Below are positions 1 to 10,070 of a stretch of 64,000 nt of DNA, piece by piece. The notes beneath the pieces are model-generated. The model saw only the letters and a program-made list of their open reading frames with translations, had not been told where the DNA came from and ran no database searches. Location: positions 76,646 through 140,645 of the IMG/VR virus record IMGVR_UViG_3300036778_000062; one strand, written 5' to 3'. Both the position numbers and the translations under genes were made by a program. This DNA comes from a virus. Its lineage: Duplodnaviria > Caudoviricetes. Each line of letters starts with the position of its first letter. Positions within the stretch are counted from its first letter, which is position 1.

Positions 1-21
1 AGGCAACGTGAAGACCTTCAT
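1..21 (-). CDS. Start of the next late gene (MKVFTLP...), runs off the window
   Basis: ATG at 21 on the minus strand with GGAGAG RBS just after the stop of the Gly-rich gene. Confidence 0.55.
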
Positions 22-32
22 TCTCAACTCTC

Positions 33-2639
33 CTATGGTACAGAAACGATCACGACTCCGGAGCCGCCATTGCCGCCCGGTTGACCACCGCCGCCACCGC
101 CGCCTGTATTCGCGGTGCCGGATACTCCCGGATTTGGATTCGCCTGCGCAGCGCCACCGCCGCATGTCGCTCCGCCGGGGGTCGAACCCGCGCTCGTACC
201 TGCACCGCCGCCACCCGCGTAGCAAACCGACGCGCCGGAAATACTGGACATCAAGCCGGCGCCGCCGCTACCCGCCGTTGTTGTGCTGGGAGCAGCTTGA
301 CCTGCGCCGCCAGCGCCACCACCACCACCGCCTTGAACAAAGCCCAAGAGGTTGTCGCCGCCCTTATTGCCTTGCCCGGCAGTGCCACTCGCGCCCGGTC
401 CAGTAAAGCCGCCGCAAGATCCGCCACCAGACCCACCAACGTTTGGACCAATTCCAGCACCGCAACCTCCACCGCCTCCGATCGCAGTAAAGCCATTGAA
501 TGACGAGTTTGAACCGTTAAGGCCAACGGATCCGCTTGCGCCCGCGCCACCAGCGCCGACGACGACGGGATATGCCCCTGATGTGAGAACTGCCGAGCCG
601 GGCAGCACGCCGCCAGCGCCACCGCCACCACCACCCGCGCCAGCGCCGCCCGCCACGATCAGATAGTTGATCAGGCTTGCGCCGACTTGCTGATAGAACG
701 TTCCGCTCGAATTGAAGACATAGATCGTCGGGCTCGTCAGCGGAGTCCAAGTGATCCTGATGACGCCTTGCTTGGCATCGCCGCCGGGGCCTCCATTGTT
801 GCCAGAACCGCCGCGTCCACCACCGCCACCGCCGCCACCATATCCAAGTGACGCGCCGCCAGCTGCACCGGGAAAAGATCCGGCTCCACCGCCACCACCG
901 CCTCCACCGCCGCCGGTGCCAATTCCTGTTGCAAGATCGCTACCCATCGACCCGGCGCCGCCGTTGGTGCCGGCACCAAGACCGCCGCTTGCGCCGAAGC
1001 CAGCAAATCCACCACCGCCGCCGCCGCCGTTGCTGCCATCCGATCCATTCGAATTGTTGCCACCAGCGCCACCACCGGTGCCGGCCTGATTGTTGCCACC
1101 GCTGCCCCCGATCGCGGTGCCACTGACTTGCGTTTGCCCAGTAGAGCCGCCTCCATTGCCGCCGCCACCGCTGCCGCCATTGGTGCCAACTGTATTGCCG
1201 CCAGCGGCACCAACCCCCAAAGGACCACCAGCGCCTCCGCCGCCGCCACCGCCTGCAGTGGTAAGGCCACCTGTGCCGCCAATGCCGCCGTTGAAATTTG
1301 CGGCAGCACCCGTGCCGCCCGTGCCGCCCGCACCCGCGCCACCGCCGCCGCCGCCATTCGACGCACCAGCGATACCAGCGCCACCACCGTTCGCTGTGCA
1401 TGCGCCCGTGAATGAAGTGCTTGTACCCGCCGTCCCGTTCGTAGCTATCGCACCACCGCTGCCGCCCGTGCCGATGGTGAAAGCAACGCTCGTGCTTGGT
1501 GTCAGACTGACATTAGCCGACTTGCGGTATTCACCACCACCACCGCCGCCGCCCGACGCCGCGCTATTGGTGCCGCCACCACCGCCACCACCGCCACCAC
1601 CAATGCACTCAATCGAATTGTCGCTGTTGTTAAAGTTGAGCGGGACAGTCCAACTGCCCGACGAAGTCAGAAGAACGCTGACTTGCGCCGTATAGGCAAC
1701 GATGACGACACCGGAGCCACCGTTGCCACCTGCTGCTCCTACGACTTGTTGAGAGCCACCACCTCCGCCGCCGCCGGTGTTTGCCGTTCCAGGCGATCCG
1801 GGCTGAGCCGTGCCGCTGATCGAGATGCCGCCTGCACCTCCACCACCTGTACCGCCCGCACCGTTCGTGCTTCCCGCATTGACACCGTTTTGTCCGCCGC
1901 CACCACCACCGCCGTAGGTGAGCGACGTCCCCGTAATGGATGATGCGCATCCATTACCGCCGTTGCCCCCATTGCTGGTTGAAGACCCGGTACCACCATT
2001 GCTGCCAACTGCGTTGCAGCCGCCACCTCCGGACCCGCCTGTATCGGTGGCCGCGCCTTGATCGCCACCTTTGTGGCCAGCAGAACCAGCGCCACCACTG
2101 AGAGGGCCGCCACTCACCCAGCCGGCAGCACCGCCACCGCTCGCGCCGCCAAGGCCATTACCGAATGATCCTCCACCACCGCCGCCGATCGCGGACGCGA
2201 CCCCGGCAATAGATGATGATGAACCGTTCGATCCCGCCACGCTGCTGGAAGAACCACCCGCGCCACCACCACCAATAGTGACGCTGTAAGAGCCGGCAAT
2301 AAGATTTGTCGATCCGGGGTTAACCTGTCCAGCACCACCACCACCACCAGCACCGATGTTTGTCGCCCCGGCACCGCCACCACCACCACCGCCGACAACA
2401 ATATAGTTGACGTTGCCCGAGCCGGTGCATGTCAACGTAGCGCTCGAATTGAAGACATGAATGCGGGTCGCGCCGAAGGCGGAGATAGTGCCGCCCGTGC
2501 ATGAGATATTTTGTGTGCTGCTGCTGAGTTGCGCCATCAGCATGGGTTGAAATGTGCCGGGCATATTGGCCTGCGCGGCGGACAGGAGCGCCAGCCAGGG
2601 CGCGACAACGAACGCGAGAACAGCTCTACGGAACGTCAT
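33..2639 (-). CDS. Glycine-rich phage tail-associated protein (three Gly-rich domains) with N-terminal signal peptide
   Basis: 868 aa; repeated YxxVxGGGGGG...GxNGxxSSF...GGSGVVIV units typical of phage Gly-rich domains; MTFRRAVLAFVVAPWLALLSAAQA leader; 10 Cys. Confidence 0.8.
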   Translation of the reverse strand: MTFRRAVLAFVVAPWLALLSAAQANMPGTFQPMLMAQLSSSTQNISCTGGTISAFGATRIHVFNSSATLTCTGSGNVNYIVVGGGGGGGAGATNIGAGGGGGAGQVNPGSTNLIAGSYSVTIGGGGAGGSSSSVAGSNGSSSSIAGVASAIGGGGGGSFGNGLGGASGGGAAGWVSGGPLSGGAGSAGHKGGDQGAATDTGGSGGGGCNAVGSNGGTGSSTSNGGNGGNGCASSITGTSLTYGGGGGGGQNGVNAGSTNGAGGTGGGGAGGISISGTAQPGSPGTANTGGGGGGGSQQVVGAAGGNGGSGVVIVAYTAQVSVLLTSSGSWTVPLNFNNSDNSIECIGGGGGGGGGGTNSAASGGGGGGGEYRKSANVSLTPSTSVAFTIGTGGSGGAIATNGTAGTSTSFTGACTANGGGAGIAGASNGGGGGGAGAGGTGGTGAAANFNGGIGGTGGLTTAGGGGGGGAGGPLGVGAAGGNTVGTNGGSGGGGNGGGSTGQTQVSGTAIGGSGGNNQAGTGGGAGGNNSNGSDGSNGGGGGGGFAGFGASGGLGAGTNGGAGSMGSDLATGIGTGGGGGGGGGGAGSFPGAAGGASLGYGGGGGGGGRGGSGNNGGPGGDAKQGVIRITWTPLTSPTIYVFNSSGTFYQQVGASLINYLIVAGGAGAGGGGGGAGGVLPGSAVLTSGAYPVVVGAGGAGASGSVGLNGSNSSFNGFTAIGGGGGCGAGIGPNVGGSGGGSCGGFTGPGASGTAGQGNKGGDNLLGFVQGGGGGGAGGAGQAAPSTTTAGSGGAGLMSSISGASVCYAGGGGAGTSAGSTPGGATCGGGAAQANPNPGVSGTANTGGGGGGGQPGGNGGSGVVIVSVP

Positions 2640-2642
2640 GTA

Positions 2643-3938
2643 TCACTTCACATTCTGAAGGAGAGAGGCTGCGCAAAAGTTGACCGTGATGCAGGATCCT
2701 TCGAGTACGTCGACCGCACCAGCTATGGTCGACAGCGTCGGGGTAACGCCTCCGGGAAATTTCAACAGACTGTTCCAGACGGTCGAGCGCCCACCCGTGG
2801 AATCTTGAATAAACCTGATCTGGAATGATTTCCCGACCATAGGCGTGAAGTTCATCGTGGTGATGTTGCCGGTCAGCGTGACAGCCGCGTTGATGAACGT
2901 CGTGGTGTCGATGCTGATGGTCGAACCAAAGGTGATGGTGGCTTCGGCCGAGTAGATCACGCTCGCCGGCACGAGCACACTCGACGCGCCACTCTGATAC
3001 TGCGATCCGGTTGCCACCGCAGCGGTCGCCATATCAGCGAAGGTTACAAGGCCGGCTGCGCTGAACGAGCTGTGAACTGTGAGGCCGCCGCCGCCAGCGC
3101 CGACATCAACCGTCCCGGTCGAACCTCCATTGCCGATAAGAATGATGCCGCTGCCCTTGGCATTGAGCGAAAGATTTTCATTAGTGGCCGTCGATGTCGT
3201 GTTGAGGCCCGTGCCGCTTCCAGCAGCGTTGCCGACGATTTGTAGGCCTGTGGCCTGATTGGTTCTGGAGCCGTCAACAGTGAGCACGGGATTGGTCGCG
3301 CCATTGGCGCCGACCGCGAGCGCGGTCGACGAGTTCGACTGGATGGCTGTCGGTCCCTTCACCGCGAGCACGTTGCCGCCGATCGTCGCGCCGCCAAGCG
3401 AGAGCGATCCGGAGAGCACCGCATTTACGCCGCCGATCGTTCCCGTGAATGTCGGGCCGGCAGTCATCGCGACGCTGCCAGTGCCGGAGATCGTGTATTC
3501 GTCGAGAACACCAGCGTTATCGAAGAGCACACGCGCGCTCGTGCCTCCGATGACGTCAGTGATGCCGACCGTCATAGACGCCGCAGTCGCGGTCAGCAGG
3601 TCGATTGTCGTGCCGTTCACCTGCGCAAAGACGCCGGAAGAAGTCATCCACAGATCGCCATCTGCGGGCTGCGCGGGCGTCGTGCCTGGGGTTAGATTGA
3701 AACCGGCCGTCTGCGCGCCGGGCGGTGCCGTGACAAGCCGCCCGGTCATGATCCCGCCGGCGGTGTTCAGCGGGACGTAACCCAAATCATCCTGCTTGGA
3801 CGCGAAATAGCTATTCCACTGCGCCGCGGTCGGCACCTGACCGTTCTGCAGGTTTGGCGAGGACCCCGCGATCGCTGGCAAGCCAGCAGCCATCGCTAGT
3901 CCGGACGCGAGCGCGACCGACTTCAATAACGTCTTCAT
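2643..3938 (-). CDS. Tail-fibre-like beta-rich protein with signal peptide
   Basis: 431 aa, T/G/A/S rich; C-terminal QDSTGGRS.VW...KFPGG..PTLST..GAVDVL motif seen in phage fibre C-termini; AIA-ending leader. Confidence 0.65.
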   Translation of the reverse strand: MKTLLKSVALASGLAMAAGLPAIAGSSPNLQNGQVPTAAQWNSYFASKQDDLGYVPLNTAGGIMTGRLVTAPPGAQTAGFNLTPGTTPAQPADGDLWMTSSGVFAQVNGTTIDLLTATAASMTVGITDVIGGTSARVLFDNAGVLDEYTISGTGSVAMTAGPTFTGTIGGVNAVLSGSLSLGGATIGGNVLAVKGPTAIQSNSSTALAVGANGATNPVLTVDGSRTNQATGLQIVGNAAGSGTGLNTTSTATNENLSLNAKGSGIILIGNGGSTGTVDVGAGGGGLTVHSSFSAAGLVTFADMATAAVATGSQYQSGASSVLVPASVIYSAEATITFGSTISIDTTTFINAAVTLTGNITTMNFTPMVGKSFQIRFIQDSTGGRSTVWNSLLKFPGGVTPTLSTIAGAVDVLEGSCITVNFCAASLLQNVK

Positions 3939-3951
3939 TTCTGATGATCCG

Positions 3952-4602
3952 TTAGAAGGAAGGCGTCTTCCAGGAACCGATGGTATCGGCGGTTAAGTCC
4001 TCGATGTCGTGGGACGCCTGCGCGGCCGCCCGCTCGATGGCGTCGATCTGCTGGCGCCGCTGCTGTTGATCGTCGAGGAAATGCTGGTCAGATGGAGAGC
4101 GATTCTGACGAATGGCCGCCATCACCTGATCGGGCTTGGTGGTTGCCTTGCTGAACCATCCAAGCTTGTTCATGGCAGCCTGATAGGCATCATTTTCCAC
4201 TTTTGCGAGGTCGTTCTCGCGCATGCCGAACAGGCGCCGCTTTCCGGCTGGCAAAATCTTCGAAATCGCAATCTGCTCGGCATGGTAAAGCAGGCTCAAT
4301 AAATTGAGCTTGGCGGCCGCAAGTGCCTGCTGCGGGTCTGGTGGATCGATCGATGGACTATCGTCGACGATCTCAAAATTTGCTTCGTCATTTTCGTCGA
4401 TAGACTTCTCGATCGCGATGTGGGCGCGTGGCCGCGGATAAGCAATGTGACGCTGGAACGGGGCTAACTCGGAGTTCGCCTCATCCTGCTTTACGCGGCT
4501 CATGTGCGTGCGCCATGCCTTCAACTCAACTGCGTGAGACGCGGCCTTGCCAGCGAAGTCTTCAATGCCAACGATTTCCGAGAGCTTGATCTTATGCTTC
4601 AT
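3952..4602 (-). CDS. Putative tail-fibre assembly chaperone
   Basis: Overlaps the fibre gene stop; helical 216 aa; position typical of a chaperone. Confidence 0.45.
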   Translation of the reverse strand: MKHKIKLSEIVGIEDFAGKAASHAVELKAWRTHMSRVKQDEANSELAPFQRHIAYPRPRAHIAIEKSIDENDEANFEIVDDSPSIDPPDPQQALAAAKLNLLSLLYHAEQIAISKILPAGKRRLFGMRENDLAKVENDAYQAAMNKLGWFSKATTKPDQVMAAIRQNRSPSDQHFLDDQQQRRQQIDAIERAAAQASHDIEDLTADTIGSWKTPSF

Positions 4603-5744
4603 AGCGCAAGGTTCCAAAACGCACCCACAGATCGCTCGACATTGTTGTGTGAGCCATTTCCTGTATTCGTGGATGATACCGATCCAGAGACAGAGCCGCT
4701 GACGGTACCGGAGACGTTCGCGGTCCCCGAAAAGGTGCCGCTAACGCTCGCATTACCTCCTAAGCCGAAGTTGCCCCCGCCGCCGACACCGCCCGAACCC
4801 TGCGTGGCACCGAGAATAACCGCACTGGTCGAACCAGAAATCGACCCGGAGCAACCACCGGACATCGAGCCTGACATCGAACCCGACATCGAACCGGAGG
4901 AGTTAATGCCGGGGATTTGCGAGGCAGCGAGGGTTACAAGATTTCCGCCAAGGATCGACCCGGGCGTGGTGGTGTTGCCGGAGACGACGGTGACGCCATT
5001 CAAAAGTGCAGTTACCCCGCCGCCCATCGTATCTACGCCAATGAGCCCGGTACCTTGAAGCGCCGGCGTCGTAAGTCGTCGGTTGGCTGCGAAATCAGCG
5101 AATGGATTTGCTCCTCGTGCGACCGGTGCTCCGGCGCTGGTTAGAAGAGGGCATTGCGAATTGGAGAATTGCAGCCAAACTGCGCAGAACAAGAAAAACG
5201 TTGAGGCGTTTGCAACGTTAGCGCCGGACGCGGCGTTGCCGACGGTCTGGCCGTTCGCGGTGACGAAGCCGCTTGGATTCAGGGTGGACGAAAACGATGG
5301 AACGGGCGTTCCGCTAACGATCTGCCCGGGCTTCGTGACCCAATTTGCTGCCGCTCCGCTTAGATCGTCCGGGTTCGTCAGGTTGTTGTCGACGGTTGAC
5401 ATCCATTCCTTGCCGAGCACAAGGCCCGAACGCAGCACCGCACCCTTCGGATATCCGCCAATCGCTGAAGCAAAATCGGCGTCATAGCTGTAGCCCATCC
5501 CAGCTTCAGCCCATTGCAGGGCCGCCGAAATCTGCTGGAAGATGCCGTTGAAGTCGGAGCCGAATGGCGGGACGCCGCCGGCAGCGATCGGATCGAAGTT
5601 GAGCGGCACCCATCCATCATGCAGCGAGGCCGCACCGTTCTGGATGCCGATTTGCGAGTCGACGGGAATCGGCCGGATGAATGCGGCGCTGGCGAATTGC
5701 GCCCACAGCACGGGAAACTTGCTGGGGATCGACGTGGAGAGCAT
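4599..5744 (-). CDS. Tail fibre protein
   Basis: N-terminal GGVPPFGSDFNGI...YDADFASAIGGYPKGAVL baseplate anchor, collar-like middle, SGS-repeat tip; follows the DUF2612 gene. Confidence 0.8.
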   Translation of the reverse strand: MLSTSIPSKFPVLWAQFASAAFIRPIPVDSQIGIQNGAASLHDGWVPLNFDPIAAGGVPPFGSDFNGIFQQISAALQWAEAGMGYSYDADFASAIGGYPKGAVLRSGLVLGKEWMSTVDNNLTNPDDLSGAAANWVTKPGQIVSGTPVPSFSSTLNPSGFVTANGQTVGNAASGANVANASTFFLFCAVWLQFSNSQCPLLTSAGAPVARGANPFADFAANRRLTTPALQGTGLIGVDTMGGGVTALLNGVTVVSGNTTTPGSILGGNLVTLAASQIPGINSSGSMSGSMSGSMSGGCSGSISGSTSAVILGATQGSGGVGGGGNFGLGGNASVSGTFSGTANVSGTVSGSVSGSVSSTNTGNGSHNNVERSVGAFWNLAL

Positions 5745-5754
5745 GGGCGATCTT

Positions 5755-6414
5755 TCAGAGAGGTGTCATGACAGCGACGTCCACGCCGGACGGCCGCGGC
5801 AGCACGCCGGACTGTTCGACGATCGCAAGTTCGAGCGGCGATAGGGCGAAATCGAATTTTTGGACCATCGTCATATCGCGGTTGTCGACGACGTAGCAGT
5901 TGCCGCGTCCCGGAAAGAGGCTGCGCAGGATCTGGTTGATGGACTTGATCGAGCCGTCCGTGATGTTGAACAGCGCCTTGGCGAAGATCAGGATCCGGTA
6001 GGAGCTGTCCGCGAGCACGAAGTTGTTCGTCAGCGGCTGGCCTTGGAAGAACGGCGCTTGGCCGAACGGTTGCGAACCAGGTTGCGCCTCCTCCATGCCG
6101 AGATAGATATCGCTCTCTGGGACGCTGAGTGTGCGCGAGACGTTGACGATATCGCCCCAGATGTCGAGGCCATAGCCGACTGCGGTTGCAATGTTGAAAA
6201 TATCGTCAAAGAACGCGGTGATGTTGGATGTCTGGTCGACGCACTGGAAGACGTTGTAGATTAGCTCGATGATGATCGGGCTGTTTGCGTATTGTGAGAT
6301 AACCGTCTTCCAGAAGTCGAAATCCGGAATCGGTCCGATCGGCGAGACGCCGATGATAAACTTGCCGATCGCATTGGATCCCGGTCGCGGCCGGTTAATA
6401 TCCGGCCCGCTCAC
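5755..6414 (-). CDS. Baseplate wedge protein (DUF2612-like)
   Basis: ISQYANSP...TAVGYGLDIWGDIV...LPRPSGV motifs; downstream of baseplate J. Confidence 0.85.
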   Translation of the reverse strand: MSGPDINRPRPGSNAIGKFIIGVSPIGPIPDFDFWKTVISQYANSPIIIELIYNVFQCVDQTSNITAFFDDIFNIATAVGYGLDIWGDIVNVSRTLSVPESDIYLGMEEAQPGSQPFGQAPFFQGQPLTNNFVLADSSYRILIFAKALFNITDGSIKSINQILRSLFPGRGNCYVVDNRDMTMVQKFDFALSPLELAIVEQSGVLPRPSGVDVAVMTPL

Positions 6415-7832
6415 GTTAGGCTCACCTTGATGTTCGTCGCGTTGATCGTCGGCACCTGGTCTATGTTGACCGTGACGTCATTGCGGTTCGCCAACGAACC
6501 GAACATCGTGGTAGAGCTTACGGTCTGCGACACGCTCACCGTCCAGGTCGTGCCGCTTCCGGCGGTGATTACCGTTCCCGGCAGCACGATGCCATCGACA
6601 TCGGAAACCGTCTGGCCGATCGCGACCGCTCCGGAGGCTGTCGCGCTGACGGTCAGCGTCGTGTTGGCGATCGCGCCGGTGAACGTCGCGCTCGAATTAT
6701 TCGATGAGCCGACCTGCAAGGAGATGATCTGCGCCCACGTGCCCAGCGCGATGATCGACGGCGCATAGCGCAGCGAGAATACGGTGGAGCCGATCCGCGC
6801 GCGCTCGCCACCGTCGCCGCCTGCGAACGCGCTGATGATCGCGTTTTGGATCTGGGTGACGGCGTCGGCCGGGACTTGGCTGTTGTTGAGGATAGTGACC
6901 GCGAACAGGATCGGCAGGCCAGACGGCCGTTCGAAAGTGATGTCCCAAGTCGGCAGAGGAGGCGCGTAGAGAGCTGAATCACCGACCACGGTAACGTCGG
7001 TGTTGCCGTTCATGTCGCAGCCGGGGGGCTTCTTGCTCCAGATGGCGGTTGCTACGTCCAAGTCGGTCGCGCCGACCGCGGCGATATAGATCGAATGCGG
7101 GAGCAACGAGACGCCGCCGATAGTCTGGTTGGTGCCCTTTGGATTGTCGGTGACATATGCGTCGAGCACATCCTTGACGCTCAACACCACGCCCATCACC
7201 GCCTCGTTAGTGTTGGACGAGTTGGCCGCGACCGACGCGCGCCGCCGTGCCTCGAATTGTTGCCGGCTCTCGACATTGGCACCGAGCACACCATCGTCTG
7301 GGTTGGTGATGGTGTCCCAGCCGTTGATGGCGCGATATATCTCGGTCAGCGTGCCGGCCGGGCAGGCTATCGGCCCCAACGTCTGATTTGCGAACGTCAG
7401 GCTGATGCTGCCGGTCTCAGGGATCGTGCCGCCATCGGTGCAGGAATAGATGTTGCCCGATATGTCTCGCGCGAGCGAGCCGACCGGAATGAGAACGCCG
7501 GCGCCTCCTGTGCAGGTGCAGCTGACCGTCGTCGGCTCGGATGGATTCCGGAGCAGGAAATAGATAGAACCAATGGCGTCCTGATATCGCCCCGACGCGA
7601 AGTCGGGGTTCATCTGGTTCGATAGCGTGATGAAGCTGTCGTAGGCGGCCGCGATGATTGCGGCGATCGACGACGCTAGCTGGCCTTGCGGCGTTGAGAG
7701 GGACGGATTGAGGCCGCCGCCGAACGCTGCATTGATATCGGCCTGTACGCCAGCGAGGATCTGATCCTGCGTTGGCGCGACAAATCCCTGCGCCGTGAAC
7801 GTGATCGGCGGAACGTTCGTGGTGATCGCCAT
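6411..7832 (-). CDS. Baseplate J/gp47-like protein with C-terminal inserted module
   Basis: TPQGQLASS, G..QDAIG, ES...FE.RR motifs; start taken at MAITTNV. Confidence 0.88.
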   Translation of the reverse strand: MAITTNVPPITFTAQGFVAPTQDQILAGVQADINAAFGGGLNPSLSTPQGQLASSIAAIIAAAYDSFITLSNQMNPDFASGRYQDAIGSIYFLLRNPSEPTTVSCTCTGGAGVLIPVGSLARDISGNIYSCTDGGTIPETGSISLTFANQTLGPIACPAGTLTEIYRAINGWDTITNPDDGVLGANVESRQQFEARRRASVAANSSNTNEAVMGVVLSVKDVLDAYVTDNPKGTNQTIGGVSLLPHSIYIAAVGATDLDVATAIWSKKPPGCDMNGNTDVTVVGDSALYAPPLPTWDITFERPSGLPILFAVTILNNSQVPADAVTQIQNAIISAFAGGDGGERARIGSTVFSLRYAPSIIALGTWAQIISLQVGSSNNSSATFTGAIANTTLTVSATASGAVAIGQTVSDVDGIVLPGTVITAGSGTTWTVSVSQTVSSTTMFGSLANRNDVTVNIDQVPTINATNIKVSLT

Positions 7833-7833
7833 T

Positions 7834-8184
7834 TCAGAAATTCGCAGCCGCTGTGTTGCCGGCCTGATCAAGGATCTGGACCTGCCCGTGAACCTCGCGA
7901 TTGACGATCGAGGTGATGAAGACGTTCGCAGCCTTGACGCCCGGCACTGTCAGAGCGGCAGCGCCGAACTTCGCTTTCATGAGCGAGATATTCGGAGGCT
8001 TGCCGAAAATCTGCTGGAAGTAGGGGATTCCCTGTGTCGTGTCGTACCAAAGCTCGGCCTGGAAGAGCTTGATTGCGCTGGCCGCATCCTGCGCTAGGGA
8101 ATACGGATCGGACGCGACCGCAATATTGCCAGCAGCATCCTTCGTGAGGTCCCAGGTTTGCGGATTGAGCAGAAGCGTCTTCAT
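7834..8184 (-). CDS. Baseplate gp25/GpW-like protein
   Basis: 116 aa, WDLT.D..GNIA...F..ELWYDTT.GIPYF; between spike and J. Confidence 0.75.
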   Translation of the reverse strand: MKTLLLNPQTWDLTKDAAGNIAVASDPYSLAQDAASAIKLFQAELWYDTTQGIPYFQQIFGKPPNISLMKAKFGAAALTVPGVKAANVFITSIVNREVHGQVQILDQAGNTAAANF

Positions 8185-8858
8185 CAGTGCCCCGCGATCG
8201 GCGGCTGGTTGTTACCAGCGTGTTCGTGGCCGATTAGCGTGACCTTGGCGGCACCGGTCTTCGCCTGCACATCCGTACCTGCGAAGACTGTTCCGGCTAC
8301 CGTCAGGTCGCCGTCGATTGAGCCGTCGGCTTTGATCTTCAAACCATTCAGCGCAATGCCGTCGTTGCCGGATTTGACGTCGATGCCGTGCTCGGTGAAC
8401 CGCAGGTATTGCGTCGGCGCGTCTCCGAACAGGCCACCGATATAGACGCCATCCGACATGCTGAATTTGCGTCTCGATCCTGGCTGCGACTCCTTGCCTT
8501 TGGTCGACTTCACCACCGATATGTCACGATCGGAGACTGCCATCCAGCCGATATCACCGACGACCGGATCGACGATTAGAGCGCCCCATTTGCTCATCAC
8601 TCGAAAGACGGGAACGTTGAAGACCGTCCCGTGCGAAGAGACATTGTTCTGGCCATCAACGATCTTGGTCAGCGGCAGCACATTGACGGTGCCCGGCGCG
8701 GCGATGGCGCCGGCGCCACCACCGACCGCGATCACCTTGACCAGCACGATGGTGCGAACGCGGGCTAACGTTCGGTCGATCTGGAATTGAAGTGCGCGGA
8801 AGTCTGATGCGCTATCGTCCGGATCCTGCTGACTATAGCCGGAGGTCGAGTCAGCCAT
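8184..8858 (-). CDS. Baseplate spike (gp138/GpV-like)
   Basis: DP.VGDIG.....DRDIS N-domain, RKFSMSDG, C-terminal HxH (GHEH) metal tip. Confidence 0.85.
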   Translation of the reverse strand: MADSTSGYSQQDPDDSASDFRALQFQIDRTLARVRTIVLVKVIAVGGGAGAIAAPGTVNVLPLTKIVDGQNNVSSHGTVFNVPVFRVMSKWGALIVDPVVGDIGWMAVSDRDISVVKSTKGKESQPGSRRKFSMSDGVYIGGLFGDAPTQYLRFTEHGIDVKSGNDGIALNGLKIKADGSIDGDLTVAGTVFAGTDVQAKTGAAKVTLIGHEHAGNNQPPIAGH

Positions 8859-9765
8859 TGGTCGTCACCGGGGTTGCGAAGTTGGGGCTTGTACCGAACA
8901 GCACGCTTTCCCACTTGCCGCCCGGCGTTTGGCATTCGAGCTCGTGGTTCACACTGTAGATGTTCCAAGTCGCATTCGCCGGTTGAAGCTGCGAACCCTT
9001 GATCGTCACCTGCTTGCCGATAGCGAAACCTGGATTGTACGGCGCCTGGAACATGACGCCGGTAGAGGTATAGGCCGGGTAGTCGAACATCGTATTGTCT
9101 TGCGGCGAGATGGTGATGACGCCAGCGTTGCGGTTCTTGAACTTCGGCCAGATAGCAAGCACGCCGCGATCGATCGTCGCGCTGATATCGGCGTGCTGCA
9201 CGAGCTCGTTGTACTGGTCGCGGGGCGAGCCATAGAGATAGACATTGGATAGCGCGCCGGTCACGCCGTTGTTCTCGAACGTCAGCCCCATCGCTTGCGC
9301 GATCGCCTGCATGGCCGTCGCGATCTGGACGGCGCCGTTGTAGCTCGATGGTGTGGCAGCAACCGCAGCGAAGGCGGCTGCGGCGTTCGCTGTGATCCGC
9401 ATCGGCGCGTCAGGCTGATGAAAGTCGATAACGCTCGCGATGATCGATCCGACATAGGCTTGCGACAGACCGCTTTCTGAATCGCCCGCCTGCAGGATGA
9501 TCTGGTTCTTGGGCAAGAGATTGATCTGCTGTCCATACGTCGATAGCTGGCTCATCACACTGAGCGGCAGACCCCAGACCGACAGGTCGAGCTTGCCATC
9601 GATGCCGCCGGCGTTGTGGATCGAGGCCTTCATGCGGACTGCGCTAGAGCCGGCGCCGCCAAAGGTGACGGTATTGTCAGAGCTACCGTTGAATGTTGGC
9701 GTCGAAGACGACGGGTTGATGGTGATGCTGGCCTGGAGCTGCTTGATGGTGAAGCCAGCGGTCAC
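8851..9765 (-). CDS. Baseplate hub protein
   Basis: 304 aa, ILQAGD, IAQAMGLTFENNGV, YP..T..G; gene order. Confidence 0.75.
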   Translation of the reverse strand: MTAGFTIKQLQASITINPSSSTPTFNGSSDNTVTFGGAGSSAVRMKASIHNAGGIDGKLDLSVWGLPLSVMSQLSTYGQQINLLPKNQIILQAGDSESGLSQAYVGSIIASVIDFHQPDAPMRITANAAAAFAAVAATPSSYNGAVQIATAMQAIAQAMGLTFENNGVTGALSNVYLYGSPRDQYNELVQHADISATIDRGVLAIWPKFKNRNAGVITISPQDNTMFDYPAYTSTGVMFQAPYNPGFAIGKQVTIKGSQLQPANATWNIYSVNHELECQTPGGKWESVLFGTSPNFATPVTTNG

Positions 9766-10070
9766 GTCGAGATGTCCGAGGCTTCAATGTATTCGAGCAG
9801 CCAGCGAGAGCCGAGGCCGGTGTAGACTGGATCATCCGTTCCCTGCTGGTCGAGAAACCAGAAATCACCGATAAAGCCGAGGTATGCGTACCGAACAAGG
9901 CGGTTGGCGTTCTCGCAGGTTACGTTCTCGACCACCGGCGTGTTGTTCACCGCGAGACTGAAATAGAACAGCCCGTCGCTTCTGGTCGCCAGCGTGATTT
10001 GGCAGGATTGGCCGCCGACCAGAACCGAGAAGGTCTGGTTCGGAACAGGCTGCGTCGGAACGATCAGCAT
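9762..10070 (-). CDS. Small baseplate protein
   Basis: VPNQTFSV.VGGQ.C, F.GDF.FLD.QG..DP.YTGLGSRW; conserved position. Confidence 0.7.
   Translation of the reverse strand: MLIVPTQPVPNQTFSVLVGGQSCQITLATRSDGLFYFSLAVNNTPVVENVTCENANRLVRYAYLGFIGDFWFLDQQGTDDPVYTGLGSRWLLEYIEASDIST

Noticed and set aside
8-2502. Many Pro-rich and Arg/Trp-rich ORFs overlapping the Gly-rich gene
   Set aside because: Shadows of GGC/GGT codon runs in other frames and on the other strand
33-5744. Diversity-generating retroelement or fibre invertase
   Set aside because: No reverse transcriptase, TR/VR pair, serine invertase or flanking inverted repeats seen
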